Position numbers and translations under genes: made by a program. A DNA stretch of 59,014 bases, counting the filler. It is 3 parts of 3 records of this genome, joined end to end, with 100 filler letters (N's around TTAATTAATTAA, not from the genome) between each part and the next. Parts side by side here need not be neighbours in the genome. Positions count along the whole stretch, not along the records: positions 1 to 31,021 come from SRR20825019_1386; 2 more parts are not named here. One strand, given 5' to 3'. Shown in pieces: positions 19,434 to 29,803 of this stretch (its first letter is position 1; each line of letters opens with the position of its first letter). The notes under the pieces are model-generated. The model was given only the letters and a program-made list of their open reading frames with translations, did no database searches and was not told the DNA's origin.

Positions 19434-19919
19434 TCAGCGCCAGCGCGACTCGGCCGCCATCTCGTTCAATGTCAATCCGCTAAGCTCGAAATCCGCAGCC
19501 TGATATTGCCGGCTGCCGATATGATTATAGAATTCGATGGCAACCGAATTGGTTGGCAGGGACTGCCAGACCACCCAGGATCCGCCGCGTGCGATGGTTT
19601 CCGCCGCGACGGCGCCGATCAGCGCGCGTCCGGCACCGGTGCCGCGGGCCCGGTCGTCGACATAGAGGTCGAGCATGTGAATACCCGGTGTGCCGAGGCC
19701 GATATTAAAACTGTTGATGAAGATGGTGTAGCCGATCAGATCTGCATCCCTCTCCGCGACGATACCGTCGAACCGCTTGTGTTCGCCGAAGCCGTACCGG
19801 ATCACATCCGACGCATCGAAGGGGGGCGGCGGCATGCCTTCATGGGCTGACAGGGCGGCAGCCATCTCCGCCACGCGCTCTGCATCCTTTTCCTGAAGTG
19901 CCCTGACCTGGAACTTCAT
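19434..19919 (-). CDS. GNAT family N-acetyltransferase
   Basis: DLYV..RARGTGAGRAL acetyl-CoA motif and N..AIEFY..IG; start trimmed to MKFQVR. Confidence 0.88.
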   Translation of the reverse strand: MKFQVRALQEKDAERVAEMAAALSAHEGMPPPPFDASDVIRYGFGEHKRFDGIVAERDADLIGYTIFINSFNIGLGTPGIHMLDLYVDDRARGTGAGRALIGAVAAETIARGGSWVVWQSLPTNSVAIEFYNHIGSRQYQAADFELSGLTLNEMAAESRWR

Positions 19920-20005
19920 TATGATCTCCCTCATGATGCGGGTTGGAAACCTCGGGCTGTGATGCAACATAATGCTAAAGCCTTGAGGAAAGTGAAGTAG
20001 CGAAG

Positions 20006-20740
20006 ATGACCACGCGAAAAAAGAGTGGTGGGATTGTCAACAAACCGGCGGCCGGGCCGGTTTCGTCCCAATCCGATATCGATGCTTTTGTACGCCGGGT
20101 CCGTACGGCCCCCGCCGCCGTTCCGGCGGGCCGTCCGGGACGGCTTCTGTTCGCGATGGATGCAACGGCCAGCCGGGAGCCTTCCTGGGACCGGGCCTGC
20201 CAGCTTCAGGGAGAGATGTTTTCGGAGACGGATGCCCTTGGTGGCCTCGCCGTACAGCTCGCCTATTATCGTGGTTTTGGTGAATTCAAGGCCAGCGCCT
20301 GGCTGACGGATACGAAAAAGCTGCTGCGCGAGATGACCGGCGTCTTCTGCCTCGGAGGCCAGACCCAGATCGACCGTTTGCTTGGCCATGCCATCGCGGA
20401 GACCGGTAAGGAGAGAGTGCAGGCTTTGGTATTTGTCGGCGATGCCTTTGAAGAGGATATCGATGCTGTCTGTCATCGTGCCGGCGAGCTTGGTGTTCTC
20501 GGGGTTCCGGTCTTCATTTTTCATGAAGGCGGCGATCCGGTCGCGCGGCGGGCTTTCGAGCAGATTGCCCGGCTGACCAAGGGGGCGTGCTGCCCGTTCG
20601 ATGGCAACAGCGCCCAGCAGCTCCGCGATTTGCTGGGAGCTGTCGCGGTTTATGCCGCGGGAGGCCGCAAGGCCCTGCAGGATTTCTCGTCGCGGCGTGG
20701 CGGGGCAGCGCTGCAGCTGACCCATCGTTTCGGTAAATGA
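20006..20740 (+). CDS. VWA domain-containing protein
   Basis: MIDAS-like FAMDATASRE, GGQTQI, VFVGDAFEE. Confidence 0.85.
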   Translation: MTTRKKSGGIVNKPAAGPVSSQSDIDAFVRRVRTAPAAVPAGRPGRLLFAMDATASREPSWDRACQLQGEMFSETDALGGLAVQLAYYRGFGEFKASAWLTDTKKLLREMTGVFCLGGQTQIDRLLGHAIAETGKERVQALVFVGDAFEEDIDAVCHRAGELGVLGVPVFIFHEGGDPVARRAFEQIARLTKGACCPFDGNSAQQLRDLLGAVAVYAAGGRKALQDFSSRRGGAALQLTHRFGK

Positions 20741-20765
20741 CAGCGCCCGGCGGGAGGAGAACCAC

Positions 20766-21482
20766 GTGCAGTTTCTGATACTGGGCGGCAGCCTGTTGGT
20801 CGGGCTCGGTCTGATCGGCTACTGGTTCGTCAATGCGGATCCGGCCAAGATCCGGGCGTCGGCGAAATGGGTCGGCCTCAGTCTGCTTGGCCTTCTGGTC
20901 GTCGCGCTGATTTTCTTCCGGCGTTTCGACTGGTTGATGTATGCGGGCTTGATTGGACTTCCCATGCTCATGCGGGCCGGTGCTCTTTTCCGCCGTTTCC
21001 GGAATGCGGTGAAGATGGCGCGTGGCCCGTCCTCCGGGCAGAGCAGTTCCGTTCGTACCGAGACACTGGACGTCACCCTCGACCATGACAGCGGCGCCAT
21101 GGAAGGCGAGGTGTTGCGCGGCAGATTCCGGGGCGCCAGGCTTTCCGATCTGACATTCGAGGACCTGCTTGAGCTGCTGCGGGATTGCGACCGGAACGAT
21201 CCGCAATCCCTGGCGGTGCTGGAAAGCTATCTCGATTCCCTGCATGGAACTGAGTGGCGGGACCGGGCCGGAGAGGGGGGCGGGCATGCGGAAGCCGCGA
21301 CCGATGGAACCATGTCGCGGGCGCGCGCGTTAGAGATTTTGGGACTGGAAGACAACCCGGAACCGGCCGCGATTCGGGAGGCGCATCGTCGATTGATGAT
21401 GGTCAATCACCCCGACCGGGGCGGGTCCGATTACCTTGCAGCCCAGATCAACGAGGCGAAAGACGTTCTGCTCGGCTCTTGA
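20766..21482 (+). CDS. Membrane-anchored DnaJ-domain protein
   Basis: N-terminal TM helices; C-terminal J-domain ALEILGL...HPDRGGSDYLAAQINEAKDVLL; GGAGGA RBS. Confidence 0.9.
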   Translation: MQFLILGGSLLVGLGLIGYWFVNADPAKIRASAKWVGLSLLGLLVVALIFFRRFDWLMYAGLIGLPMLMRAGALFRRFRNAVKMARGPSSGQSSSVRTETLDVTLDHDSGAMEGEVLRGRFRGARLSDLTFEDLLELLRDCDRNDPQSLAVLESYLDSLHGTEWRDRAGEGGGHAEAATDGTMSRARALEILGLEDNPEPAAIREAHRRLMMVNHPDRGGSDYLAAQINEAKDVLLGS

Positions 21483-21585
21483 GCCAAGCGATCCTTGCGG
21501 TTTTCGCCGGTTATGTGCCAATAACGGAGCCCCTTGCCGGTCGTCATGGCGGGTGGCGACCCAAGCAACGAATCGAGGTTCAGAT

Positions 21586-22455
21586 ATGCCAGTACCAGTT
21601 CGGAAGGCGATCTTTCCGGTTGGGGGGCTTGGTACGCGTTTCCTGCCTGCAACCAAGTCGATGCCGAAGGAAATGCTCCCGGTTGTCGATAAACCGCTCA
21701 TCCAGTACGCCGTCGAGGAAGCCCGTGCCGCCGGGATCGAGGAGTTCATCTTCGTCACTGGCCGGGGAAAATCCGCGATAGAGGATCATTTCGATCACGC
21801 GTTCGAGCTGCAATCCATGCTTGGAGACCGTGGCAAGGAAGAGGCTCTGAAGGTTGTCGAGGCGACGATCCCGCAGCCCGGACAGTTTTCCTACACACGT
21901 CAGCAGGAACCGCTGGGCCTTGGCCACGCCGTCTGGTGTGCCCGGAACTTCGTCGGCATGGAGCCTGTTGCCGTTCTGCTCGCGGACGACCTTATCCTGA
22001 ATGGCAAGGGCTGCCTGAAGCAGATGGTCGACGCCTATAACAGGGTTGGCGGAAACATGGTCGCGGCCATGGAAGTCTCGCGCGAGGAAACCCAGTCCTA
22101 TGGCGTCATTACGCCAGGCGAGGTCAACGACCGCCTGATCGAGGTGCGCGGCCTTGTGGAAAAGCCGAAGCCGGAAGAAGCACCATCGAACTATGCGATT
22201 ATCGGCCGCTACATTCTGCAGCCGAAGGTGTTCGAGGATCTGGCGCGTTTCGAGAAGGGCGCCGGGGGCGAAATCCAGCTGACGGATGCCATGGCGCGGC
22301 AGCTCGGCTTGCAGCCTTTCAACGGTTTCCTGTTTGAAGGCCATCGTTTCGACTGCGGCAACAAGGCCGGGTTCCTCGAAGCGAATATCGCCTATGCTCT
22401 CGACCGTCCGGACATGGCCGATGCCGTCCGGAGCTTTTTGAAGAATTACGCCTGA
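21586..22455 (+). CDS. galU: UTP--glucose-1-phosphate uridylyltransferase
   Basis: VRKAIFPVGGLGTRFLPATKSMPKEMLPVVDKP, GLGHAV, VEKP, GEIQLTD. Confidence 0.97.
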   Translation: MPVPVRKAIFPVGGLGTRFLPATKSMPKEMLPVVDKPLIQYAVEEARAAGIEEFIFVTGRGKSAIEDHFDHAFELQSMLGDRGKEEALKVVEATIPQPGQFSYTRQQEPLGLGHAVWCARNFVGMEPVAVLLADDLILNGKGCLKQMVDAYNRVGGNMVAAMEVSREETQSYGVITPGEVNDRLIEVRGLVEKPKPEEAPSNYAIIGRYILQPKVFEDLARFEKGAGGEIQLTDAMARQLGLQPFNGFLFEGHRFDCGNKAGFLEANIAYALDRPDMADAVRSFLKNYA

Positions 22456-22470
22456 TAACGGAGCGAATTC

Positions 22471-23799
22471 ATGCGTATTGCCATGATCGGTACGGGCTAT
22501 GTTGGCCTGGTATCCGGAGCCTGCTTTTCGGAATTCGGTAACGACGTCGTTTGCGTCGACAAGGACGAGGTGAAAATCTCCCGTCTCGACCGCGGAGAAA
22601 TTCCGATTTTCGAGCCGGGCCTGGATGATCTTGTCGCCAATAATGTGCGGGCCGGGCGGCTGACCTTCACCACGGACCTGACCTCGGCGGTCAGAGACGC
22701 GGACGCGGTGTTCATCGCCGTCGGTACGCCGACACGGCGCGGCGACGGGCATGCGGATCTTTCCTATGTCTATGGCGCGGCGAAAGAGATCGCCGCGGCG
22801 ATGGACGGTTATACCGTTGTTGTCACGAAATCGACGGTTCCTGTCGGCACCGGCCGTGAGGTCGAGCGGATCATTCGCGAGGCCCGGCCGGACGTCGAAT
22901 TCGACGTTTGCTCGAACCCGGAATTCCTGCGCGAAGGGGCTGCGATCACCGACTTCATGCGGCCTGACCGGGTGGTGATTGGCACGGAGAGCGAGCGCGC
23001 CCAGGAAGCGATGCGGGAAATCTACCGCCCGCTCTATCTGATCGAGACGCCGATCGTCTTCACCTCGTTGCAGACCAGCGAGCTGATCAAATACGCGGCG
23101 AACACCTTCCTTGCGACCAAGATCACCTTCATCAATGAAATTGCCGATCTGTGCGAGCAGGTCGGCGCCGATGTGCATGACGTGTCGCGCGGTATTGGTC
23201 TCGATGGCCGGATCGGCCGCAAGTTTCTGCACCCTGGCCCCGGTTACGGCGGCTCCTGCTTCCCGAAGGACACGCTGGCGCTGGTCAAGACTGCGCAGGA
23301 TTACAAGGCGCCGTTGCGGATCGTCGAGACGGTTGTCGACATCAACGACAAGCGCAAGAAGCAGATGGCGGACAAGGTCATTCAGGCCTGTGGCGGTTCC
23401 GTCGCCGGCAAGACCGTTGCAGTCCTTGGCCTGACCTTCAAGCCGAACACGGACGATATGCGGGACAGCCCGAGCCTAGACATTTTGCCGGCCCTGCAGG
23501 CCGCCGGTGCCAAGGTGAAGGCTTACGATCCCGAAGGCATGAAGGAAGCACGTCAGATGCTTCCCGATGTCGAGATGTGCGACAATGCCTATGCGCCGAT
23601 CGATGGAGCCGATGTGGTTGTGCTCATCACCGAGTGGAACGAGTTCCGCGCGCTCGATCTGAAGCGCGTCAAGGGATTGCTCAAGGAGCCGCTGATGGTC
23701 GATCTGCGCAACGTTTATAATCCGGAAGATATGGCCGAGGCCGGCTTCACATATGTCTGCGTTGGACGCAGCACAGTCGATGCGAAGGTGTCGGCATGA
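22471..23799 (+). CDS. ugd: UDP-glucose 6-dehydrogenase
   Basis: [44 protein letters not shown]. Confidence 0.96.
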   Translation: MRIAMIGTGYVGLVSGACFSEFGNDVVCVDKDEVKISRLDRGEIPIFEPGLDDLVANNVRAGRLTFTTDLTSAVRDADAVFIAVGTPTRRGDGHADLSYVYGAAKEIAAAMDGYTVVVTKSTVPVGTGREVERIIREARPDVEFDVCSNPEFLREGAAITDFMRPDRVVIGTESERAQEAMREIYRPLYLIETPIVFTSLQTSELIKYAANTFLATKITFINEIADLCEQVGADVHDVSRGIGLDGRIGRKFLHPGPGYGGSCFPKDTLALVKTAQDYKAPLRIVETVVDINDKRKKQMADKVIQACGGSVAGKTVAVLGLTFKPNTDDMRDSPSLDILPALQAAGAKVKAYDPEGMKEARQMLPDVEMCDNAYAPIDGADVVVLITEWNEFRALDLKRVKGLLKEPLMVDLRNVYNPEDMAEAGFTYVCVGRSTVDAKVSA

Positions 23800-25178
23800 G
23801 TGCGCATCAGTTCCTGCCGACGATCCTCCGGGAATATGACGTTCGCGGTGTTGTCGGCGAGACCCTGAGCACTGACGATGCACGGGCTCTTGGCCGGGCC
23901 TTCGGTACCCGGGTGATCCGCACTGGCGGCGCCAAGGTGTCTGTCGGCCGGGACGGACGGCTGAGCTCGCCGGAGATGGAAGCGGCGGTGGTCGAGGGGC
24001 TGATGGCGGCGGGGATTGCCGTCACCCGGCTCGGCGGCGTTGCCACACCGATGCTCTATTATTCGGTCCATGCCCTCGAGACCGATGGCGGGATCATGAT
24101 CACCGGCTCGCATAACCCGCCAAGCCACAATGGCTTCAAGATGATGCTGGGCAAGGGGCCGTTCTTCGGTGCCGACATCCAGGACCTTGGCCGGATAGCG
24201 GCTGAAGACGATTTTGAAAGCGGAGAGGGATCGGTCGAGGATGTCGAAATCCTTGACGATTATGTCAACCGCCTGCTGCGGGACGTGAGCCTTGGCCGTC
24301 AGTTGAAGATTGTCTGGGATTGCGGAAACGGTGCGGCCGGCCCGTCGGTCAACGAAGTCTGCATGCGGCTGCCTTCGAACCACAAGGTGTTGTTCCCGGA
24401 AGTCGACGGAACCTTCCCGAACCATCACCCGGACCCGACCGTACCCGAGAACCTTGAGGATCTCGTGGCCATGGTGCTGGAGCGCGGTGCCGATCTCGGG
24501 ATTGCCTTCGATGGGGACGGTGACCGTATTGGCGTCATCGACGACAAGGGCCGGGTACTCTGGGGCGATCAGCTTTTGACGGTGTTGGCCGAAGACGTGC
24601 TGAAGGAAAATCCGGGCGCAACCATCATTGCCGATGTAAAGGCAAGTCAGGTGCTGTTCGACAAGATCGCGGAATTCGGCGGCCAGCCCTTGATGTGGCG
24701 GACCGGACATTCCCTGATCAAGACCAAGATGGCGGAGACGGGCGCACCGCTCGCCGGTGAGATGAGCGGTCACATCTTCTTCAAGGACCGCTATTACGGC
24801 TTCGACGATGCGCTCTACGCGGCTGTCCGGCTGATCGAGGGGCTGAGCCACCGGGACGAGCCGCTGTCGGCCATCCGGGATGCACTGCCGCAGGTCATGA
24901 ACACGCCGGAAATGCGCTTCCAATGCGACGACACCCGCAAGTTCGACGTGGTGGTTGAGGTCAAGGACTGGCTCTCCGGTCAGACCGGCATCGAGGTGTC
25001 CGACGCGGACGGGGTTCGGGTCAACACGCCGGATGGTTGGTGGCTGCTGCGCGCCTCGAACACGCAGGACGTGCTGGTGGCCCGTTGCGAGTCCCAGACC
25101 GAGGCGGGTCTGGAACGGCTGAAAGGCCAGCTCAGGGATGCGTTGACGGCTGTTGGCGAGACCCCGCCGGATATCTGA
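23796..25178 (+). CDS. algC: Phosphomannomutase/phosphoglucomutase (AlgC/PgmG type)
   Basis: ITGSHNP phosphoserine loop, FDGDGDR, GEMSGH, RASNT; ATGA overlap with ugd. Confidence 0.93.
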   Translation: MSAHQFLPTILREYDVRGVVGETLSTDDARALGRAFGTRVIRTGGAKVSVGRDGRLSSPEMEAAVVEGLMAAGIAVTRLGGVATPMLYYSVHALETDGGIMITGSHNPPSHNGFKMMLGKGPFFGADIQDLGRIAAEDDFESGEGSVEDVEILDDYVNRLLRDVSLGRQLKIVWDCGNGAAGPSVNEVCMRLPSNHKVLFPEVDGTFPNHHPDPTVPENLEDLVAMVLERGADLGIAFDGDGDRIGVIDDKGRVLWGDQLLTVLAEDVLKENPGATIIADVKASQVLFDKIAEFGGQPLMWRTGHSLIKTKMAETGAPLAGEMSGHIFFKDRYYGFDDALYAAVRLIEGLSHRDEPLSAIRDALPQVMNTPEMRFQCDDTRKFDVVVEVKDWLSGQTGIEVSDADGVRVNTPDGWWLLRASNTQDVLVARCESQTEAGLERLKGQLRDALTAVGETPPDI

Positions 25179-25297
25179 GCAGGACCGGAGTCACGGCCAG
25201 AGAAGCCCGCAACTCAATTGCTGGATCGGGAAATGGTCTCAAAGGTAGGTGGCATGGCAGTGAATGCGGTCTCGGCCACGTGCGGGCCCTTCAGGCG

Positions 25298-25777
25298 ATG
25301 AGATCGCTTCCGAGGGTCATAGCTTCTCCATTGCCTGCCGGAAGTCGCCTTCACGAGCGTATCGCGCCATCCGATTTTCTGGATTGTTTCTCGGTCACCT
25401 CGAAGATGCCACCAAGACGGGCGGCTGAGATCATTGTCGATTTCCCCGGATGGGCGCGGGCCTTGCTGCTTGTGCGAAAGGTCCTGACCAGCCCGTTCGG
25501 TTTGTCGGCCGATGGCCCGGACGCTTCCGACAAGATGGGGATGTTCCCCGTGGAAGTGGAAACCAGCTCGGAGCTGATCGCCGGTTTCAACGACCGCCAT
25601 CTTGATTTTCGTATTTCGGTCTTCAGTGCAGAAGACAGGGTGTCATTAGCCACCTGGGTGCATCCGCACAATGTTGGAGGCCGCCTTTATTTAGCGGCCA
25701 TCATGCCGTTTCACGTCCTTGTTGCGCGGAACGCCCTGGCTCGGGTTGCGGGAACAACCGATCCCGCCATTCGATAA
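25298..25777 (+). CDS. DUF2867 family protein
   Basis: DFLDCF, ELIAGFNDRHLDFRISV, HN..GRLYL..I.PFH motifs; start uncertain. Confidence 0.75.
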   Translation: MRSLPRVIASPLPAGSRLHERIAPSDFLDCFSVTSKMPPRRAAEIIVDFPGWARALLLVRKVLTSPFGLSADGPDASDKMGMFPVEVETSSELIAGFNDRHLDFRISVFSAEDRVSLATWVHPHNVGGRLYLAAIMPFHVLVARNALARVAGTTDPAIR

Positions 25778-25976
25778 GGAATTTGGCGCCGGGGCCGGTT
25801 TGCTGAAGGCGACTTCAGGATATCCGCGATTCAGCCTGCGATTATAACGCATAGCCATCCGGCATCTAGCATCCGGCATGTGACGCGGATCGCCTTCCGA
25901 AAATATCTCACCCCGTGACTCTCAAGAGGACACAGGCTTTTTCAGAGTTTATCTCCTCTCTGCCGGCACACCCCCC

Positions 25977-26002
25977 GGAACTTTCTGATCATTCCAAGCG
26001 TT
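25977..26002 (+). promoter_or_regulatory. EcfG/SigT (general stress response) promoter
   Basis: Exact GGAAC-N17-CGTT, 43 nt upstream of the ATG at 26046. Confidence 0.75.
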
Positions 26003-26045
26003 TCTTCTGTATCGCGCAAACAGCGGACCAAACTGGAGAATAAAA

Positions 26046-26120
26046 ATGCATGGGATCATTTATCTTGTCGGTCTTGTCGTCATCGTCATGGCGATCCTGT
26101 CCTTTCTGGGTCTCGGATAA
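26046..26120 (+). CDS. 24-aa single-TM micropeptide MHGIIYLVGLVVIVMAILSFLGLG
   Basis: Hand-translated, below the ORF-track cutoff; GGAG RBS; one hydrophobic helix; first ORF after the EcfG promoter. Confidence 0.75.
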   Translation: MHGIIYLVGLVVIVMAILSFLGLG

Positions 26121-26153
26121 GACCTCTGTAACAATTGTCGGAAGGATAGAGAA

Positions 26154-26741
26154 ATGACAGAACGGACTGAAACACTCACTCAGGCATCAGCTCCTGCTTT
26201 TGCTCATGAGGGACATTATGTCGACTGGTCGTCGATCCTTGCCGGCGCAGTTGTTGCTTCGGGGATCGCGTTTGTGTTCACGACATTCGGTGGCGCCGTC
26301 GGGCTCACACTGTCGTCACCCTATGACGGCGACGGGTCCGCAGTCGCAGCCTTTGTCGCAGTCGGACTGTGGATGTTGTGGACCACCATCTCAAGCTTCA
26401 TGGCCGGTGGCTATATCGCGGGCCGTATGCGGCGGCGCATCGATAAGGCGAGTGCCGATGAGGTCAGTGTTCGTGACGGTATTCACGGCCTGGCAGTGTG
26501 GGGTGCCGCCATTTTGCTCGGCGTTTTCCTTCTGGACCCGGCAGTTCAGGCCAGTGCCTCCGCCGCAAGCGTGGCTGGAGAGGTGACGGGCGAAGCCGCA
26601 AGGAAATACTCGATTATCTCCGCCTTCGTGCTGGCGGCATCGCTGATGATCGCCGGGGCTGCAGCCTATTGGGCCGCCGGTGTTGGCGGACAGCACCGGG
26701 ACGAAGGGCGCGTCTTTGCCCATTTCGGTCGCTGGACCTAG
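26154..26741 (+). CDS. Uncharacterised 4-TM membrane protein
   Basis: VDWSSILAGA, GGYIAGRMR, RDGIHGLAVW, GGQHRD motifs. Confidence 0.8.
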   Translation: MTERTETLTQASAPAFAHEGHYVDWSSILAGAVVASGIAFVFTTFGGAVGLTLSSPYDGDGSAVAAFVAVGLWMLWTTISSFMAGGYIAGRMRRRIDKASADEVSVRDGIHGLAVWGAAILLGVFLLDPAVQASASAASVAGEVTGEAARKYSIISAFVLAASLMIAGAAAYWAAGVGGQHRDEGRVFAHFGRWT

Positions 26742-26753
26742 GAGGGCAAGGAC

Positions 26754-26825
26754 ATGAGAGCAATACTTCTGTGGCTGATTGGCGTTCCGATATGGGTCAT
26801 CATATTGCTGGCGCTGCTGACCTAA
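26754..26825 (+). CDS. 23-aa single-TM micropeptide MRAILLWLIGVPIWVIILLALLT
   Basis: Hand-translated; AGGAGG RBS overlapping the upstream stop; followed by a terminator. Confidence 0.75.
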   Translation: MRAILLWLIGVPIWVIILLALLT

Positions 26826-26839
26826 AAACCTGAACGACA

Positions 26840-26874
26840 CAAAGGCACCGCTCCTGAAAAGAGCGGTGCCTTTG
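26840..26874. terminator. Probable bidirectional intrinsic terminator
   Basis: CAAAGGCACCGCTC-ctgaaaa-GAGCGGTGCCTTTG, a perfect 14-bp stem between convergent genes. Confidence 0.8.
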
Positions 26875-26913
26875 CATGTGGCGTATTGAAGAGTTGTTCG
26901 GGTAGAGGCCCGG

Positions 26914-28191
26914 TTAGTCGCCAGCCGGGATGGTGGCGACTTCGAGGCCTTCGCTGCCCGGAACGGGCACACAGGGCACATGCTTGCGGGCCAGAAGGGC
27001 GCAGGCATTGCGGGCGCCGGCCTCGCTCAGGCCTGTTATGCGGGAGCGGTAGACGGTGCCGTGGTCACGGGTCACGCGCTCAACGGAATCAATCGATCCC
27101 TTCAGCGCTGCTTTCAGATAGGTGCGGGCTGTGCCGATCATCGCTTCGGCGGGACCCTTGCTGGAATAAGCGCCAACCTGGATACCCCAGTCGCGGTCCG
27201 AGCCGCTGGGCGCGGGCTGCAGGGACGCCTCGGTTTGCAGGGTGTCCGTGCCTGCCTGCAGGGCGGCGGTGTCGCTTATGGCTGTCTGTGCAGCGGCAAG
27301 CTGGATCGTGCCTTTATCGTCAAAGGCAGGCCGGGCGACCGGGATCGGTGCGGGCGACCGGTTGCGGGCAATCAACTCCGCCTTTTTGAAGCCACGATTG
27401 AGGAGTGAGATCATGTGCCGGTCACGGGATTTGGCGGTTCGGCCGCCAAACACCACGGCGATCAGATGCCTGCCATTCTGGTGAACGGAGGAGACGAGAT
27501 TGAAGCCGGACGCACGGGTATAGCCTGTCTTGATGCCGTCGGTTCCCGAGTAACGGCCAAGCAGGTTGTTGTGATTACCGTAGGTGCGGCCGTTATAGGT
27601 GAATTTTTTGGTCTGGAAGAAGTGGTAATATTGCGGAAAGTCGCGCTGGATGCGGAGACCGAGCTTGGCCATGTCGCGGGCGGTGCTTTTCTGCCGGCGG
27701 TTGGGCAGGCCGGAGGCATTCCGAAAACTTGTCTTGGTCATACCGAGTTCGCGTGCCCGCTTGGTCATTGCCACGGCGAAATTGACCTCGCTCTTCTCCA
27801 GATGCTCGCCGATAACGGTGGCAACGTCGTTCGCGGAGCGGGTGACCAGCGCCAGGATGGCGTCCTTGACGGTGATACGGTCGCCATACCGCAGGCCGAT
27901 ATTGGTTTGCGGCTGACCGGCCGCACGTTTGGAAACCTTCATTTTGGTTTCCAGCGTGACCTTGCCACGCTCCATGGCGTCGAAAAGCATGTAGAGAGTC
28001 ATGATTTTCGTCAGCGATGCGGGATAATTCCTCGTGTCGGCGTTCTTGGCGTAGAGAACGTCCAGACTGTCCGCATCCATGACGAAAGAGGCATAGCGCG
28101 CCTCGGCGCTGCCAGCTGAAAGCCAGACCATCAGGCCGACGGTAAGGGCGCAGAAAACCTTTAAGGCTCGCCGTGTCGCGCAGTCCGCCAT
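26914..28191 (-). CDS. D-alanyl-D-alanine carboxypeptidase (peptidase S11) with C-terminal SPOR domain
   Basis: PASLTK (SxxK), SAND (SxN), IKTGY (KTG), WGIQVGAY SPOR; start trimmed to ATG 28191 after GGGGAG. Confidence 0.92.
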   Translation of the reverse strand: MADCATRRALKVFCALTVGLMVWLSAGSAEARYASFVMDADSLDVLYAKNADTRNYPASLTKIMTLYMLFDAMERGKVTLETKMKVSKRAAGQPQTNIGLRYGDRITVKDAILALVTRSANDVATVIGEHLEKSEVNFAVAMTKRARELGMTKTSFRNASGLPNRRQKSTARDMAKLGLRIQRDFPQYYHFFQTKKFTYNGRTYGNHNNLLGRYSGTDGIKTGYTRASGFNLVSSVHQNGRHLIAVVFGGRTAKSRDRHMISLLNRGFKKAELIARNRSPAPIPVARPAFDDKGTIQLAAAQTAISDTAALQAGTDTLQTEASLQPAPSGSDRDWGIQVGAYSSKGPAEAMIGTARTYLKAALKGSIDSVERVTRDHGTVYRSRITGLSEAGARNACALLARKHVPCVPVPGSEGLEVATIPAGD

Positions 28192-28407
28192 TTGCTCCCC
28201 CAATCTGCCGCATTGCCAAACCGCAATACGGTTAAGCCCTATCGAAAACCGCTGAAATCTTATGTAAGAGCTTAGCTGTTGTCCATAACTGATTGAAACA
28301 AAATTAAAGATAGAGATCAACCATAGGAGAAAATTACCTGCTCTGGCAGTGATCATGAAGCCCGTATGGTCTCAACCGGCCTCTTGTGCGGGGTGAAAAT
28401 GAAAAAA

Positions 28408-28483
28408 TGCTGCAGTGCACAAAAAATACACTTGACCTTTTCCCTGTAATTCCTATTTTACCGTGTATGTTGCAATGCAGCAT
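28408..28483 (+). promoter_or_regulatory. Phasin promoter with two putative PhaR operator boxes
   Basis: TGCTGCAGTGCACAA (28408-28422) and ATGTTGCAATGCAGCAT (28467-28483) flank a TTGACC -35 (28432-28437). Confidence 0.65.
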
Positions 28484-28599
28484 GAGCCCAGACATATCCT
28501 GTTGAGTATGCGTGTCCAAGGGACATGCCTGCGGCCCGCCGGGGGAACTCCCGAGTTTTATCCCCCGAATTATGTCAACGATGCGCAAGGAGAGTGAAG

Positions 28600-29130
28600 A
28601 TGGTTGCGAAGAAAACCACCGCTACCGCTGCTGCCGGCCAGGTTGAAGACGCGGTTGCAGCCGGCACGGAAACTGTCGAGGCGGCTGTGAAAGCGTCTCA
28701 GGACGTTGCCCAGAAAGGCTATGACCAGGCGGTTGAGCTTATGAAGGAACATGCCGAGAAGGCCCAGAAGGCCCTCTATGGCGGTTATGATGAATATGCG
28801 TCGCTCGGCAAAGCCAATTACGATGCCTACATCACGGCGATGAACACCTGGTCCAAGGGCTTTGAGGCCATCGGCAAAGAGCTCTATGCCTTCGGTCAGG
28901 AAAGCGTTGAGGTCTCCGTCGAAACCGGCAAGACCGTGATGACCTGCAAGACCGTCAACGATCTGATGGAACTGCAGAACGACGTGACCAAGAAAAGCTA
29001 TGACAAGGCCGTCGGGGAAATCACCAAGATTTCCGAGATGTCCGTCAAGACAGCGAACGAAGCGATCAAGCCGATTCAGGCGAGCCTGACCGGCACCTTC
29101 GAAAAACTGTCGAAGCCGATTGCCGCCTAA
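28600..29130 (+). CDS. phaP: Phasin family (PHA granule) protein
   Basis: AAGGAG RBS; helical Ala/Lys/Glu-rich protein with [11 protein letters not shown] phasin_2 motif; usual position upstream of clpS-clpA. Confidence 0.85.
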   Translation: MVAKKTTATAAAGQVEDAVAAGTETVEAAVKASQDVAQKGYDQAVELMKEHAEKAQKALYGGYDEYASLGKANYDAYITAMNTWSKGFEAIGKELYAFGQESVEVSVETGKTVMTCKTVNDLMELQNDVTKKSYDKAVGEITKISEMSVKTANEAIKPIQASLTGTFEKLSKPIAA

Positions 29131-29156
29131 CAGGCTGCTTTCCATAGAACGAGCGG

Positions 29157-29184
29157 AAGCCCGGCTGTTTCAGCCGGGCTTTTT
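29157..29184 (+). terminator. Rho-independent terminator after phasin
   Basis: AAGCCCGGCTG-ttt-CAGCCGGGCTT followed by a T run. Confidence 0.88.
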
Positions 29185-29470
29185 GCTTTCTGCCGACCCG
29201 ATCCCGCCCGGTGAGCAAGAGGGCATGGCGGGAAGGGCTGGTGGAGAGGGTGACGGGGTGTTTTGGCGATCCGTTATCAGTAACGGTTTATCCGATTTAA
29301 CCTTGCAACGGCTTGTGCTCGACACGAAATATCTGTCACCCTGTCCGCATTGGGCACAGTGCCTGGCTGAATTTTCGCCGGGGCTTTCTTCCGGTCCACG
29401 GCGGTTTAATTTAGCTTGTGCAACATGTGAGACCGGCCCGGTGCGGTACGGGAGAGTTACGGTTCTGAAA

Positions 29471-29797
29471 ATGAGTAAAGACGACGACAAGGTCGGTGAC
29501 GGCACCAACACGGGCGTGGTTGTCAAGGCACGCCCCAAAACCAAAAAACCGGCGATGTATAAAGTCATCATGCTGAATGATGATTATACGCCCATGGAGT
29601 TTGTCGTTCACGTTCTGGAAAGATTTTTCTCCAAGAATAGGGACGAGGCGACGACCATAATGATGCATGTCCACCAGCGCGGTGTCGGTATCTGTGGCGT
29701 TTATACCTACGAAGTCGCTGAAACGAAGGTGACCCAGGTGATGGATTTTGCCCGTCAGCACCAGCACCCGTTGCAATGCACTCTGGAAAAGGCTTGA
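29471..29797 (+). CDS. clpS: Clp protease adaptor ClpS
   Basis: [30 protein letters not shown]. Confidence 0.97.
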   Translation: MSKDDDKVGDGTNTGVVVKARPKTKKPAMYKVIMLNDDYTPMEFVVHVLERFFSKNRDEATTIMMHVHQRGVGICGVYTYEVAETKVTQVMDFARQHQHPLQCTLEKA

Positions 29798-29803
29798 GCA
29801 AAA

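Noticed and set aside
21580-24923. Long antisense ORFs opposite galU, ugd and the phosphomannomutase (similar ones lie opposite MFS, clpA and purH)
   Set aside because: Shadow ORFs from high-GC codon bias, with no motifs.
29281-29302. CtrA-like TTAA half-sites upstream of clpS (also near 10665 and 17725)
   Set aside because: None matches the full TTAA-N7-TTAA consensus.
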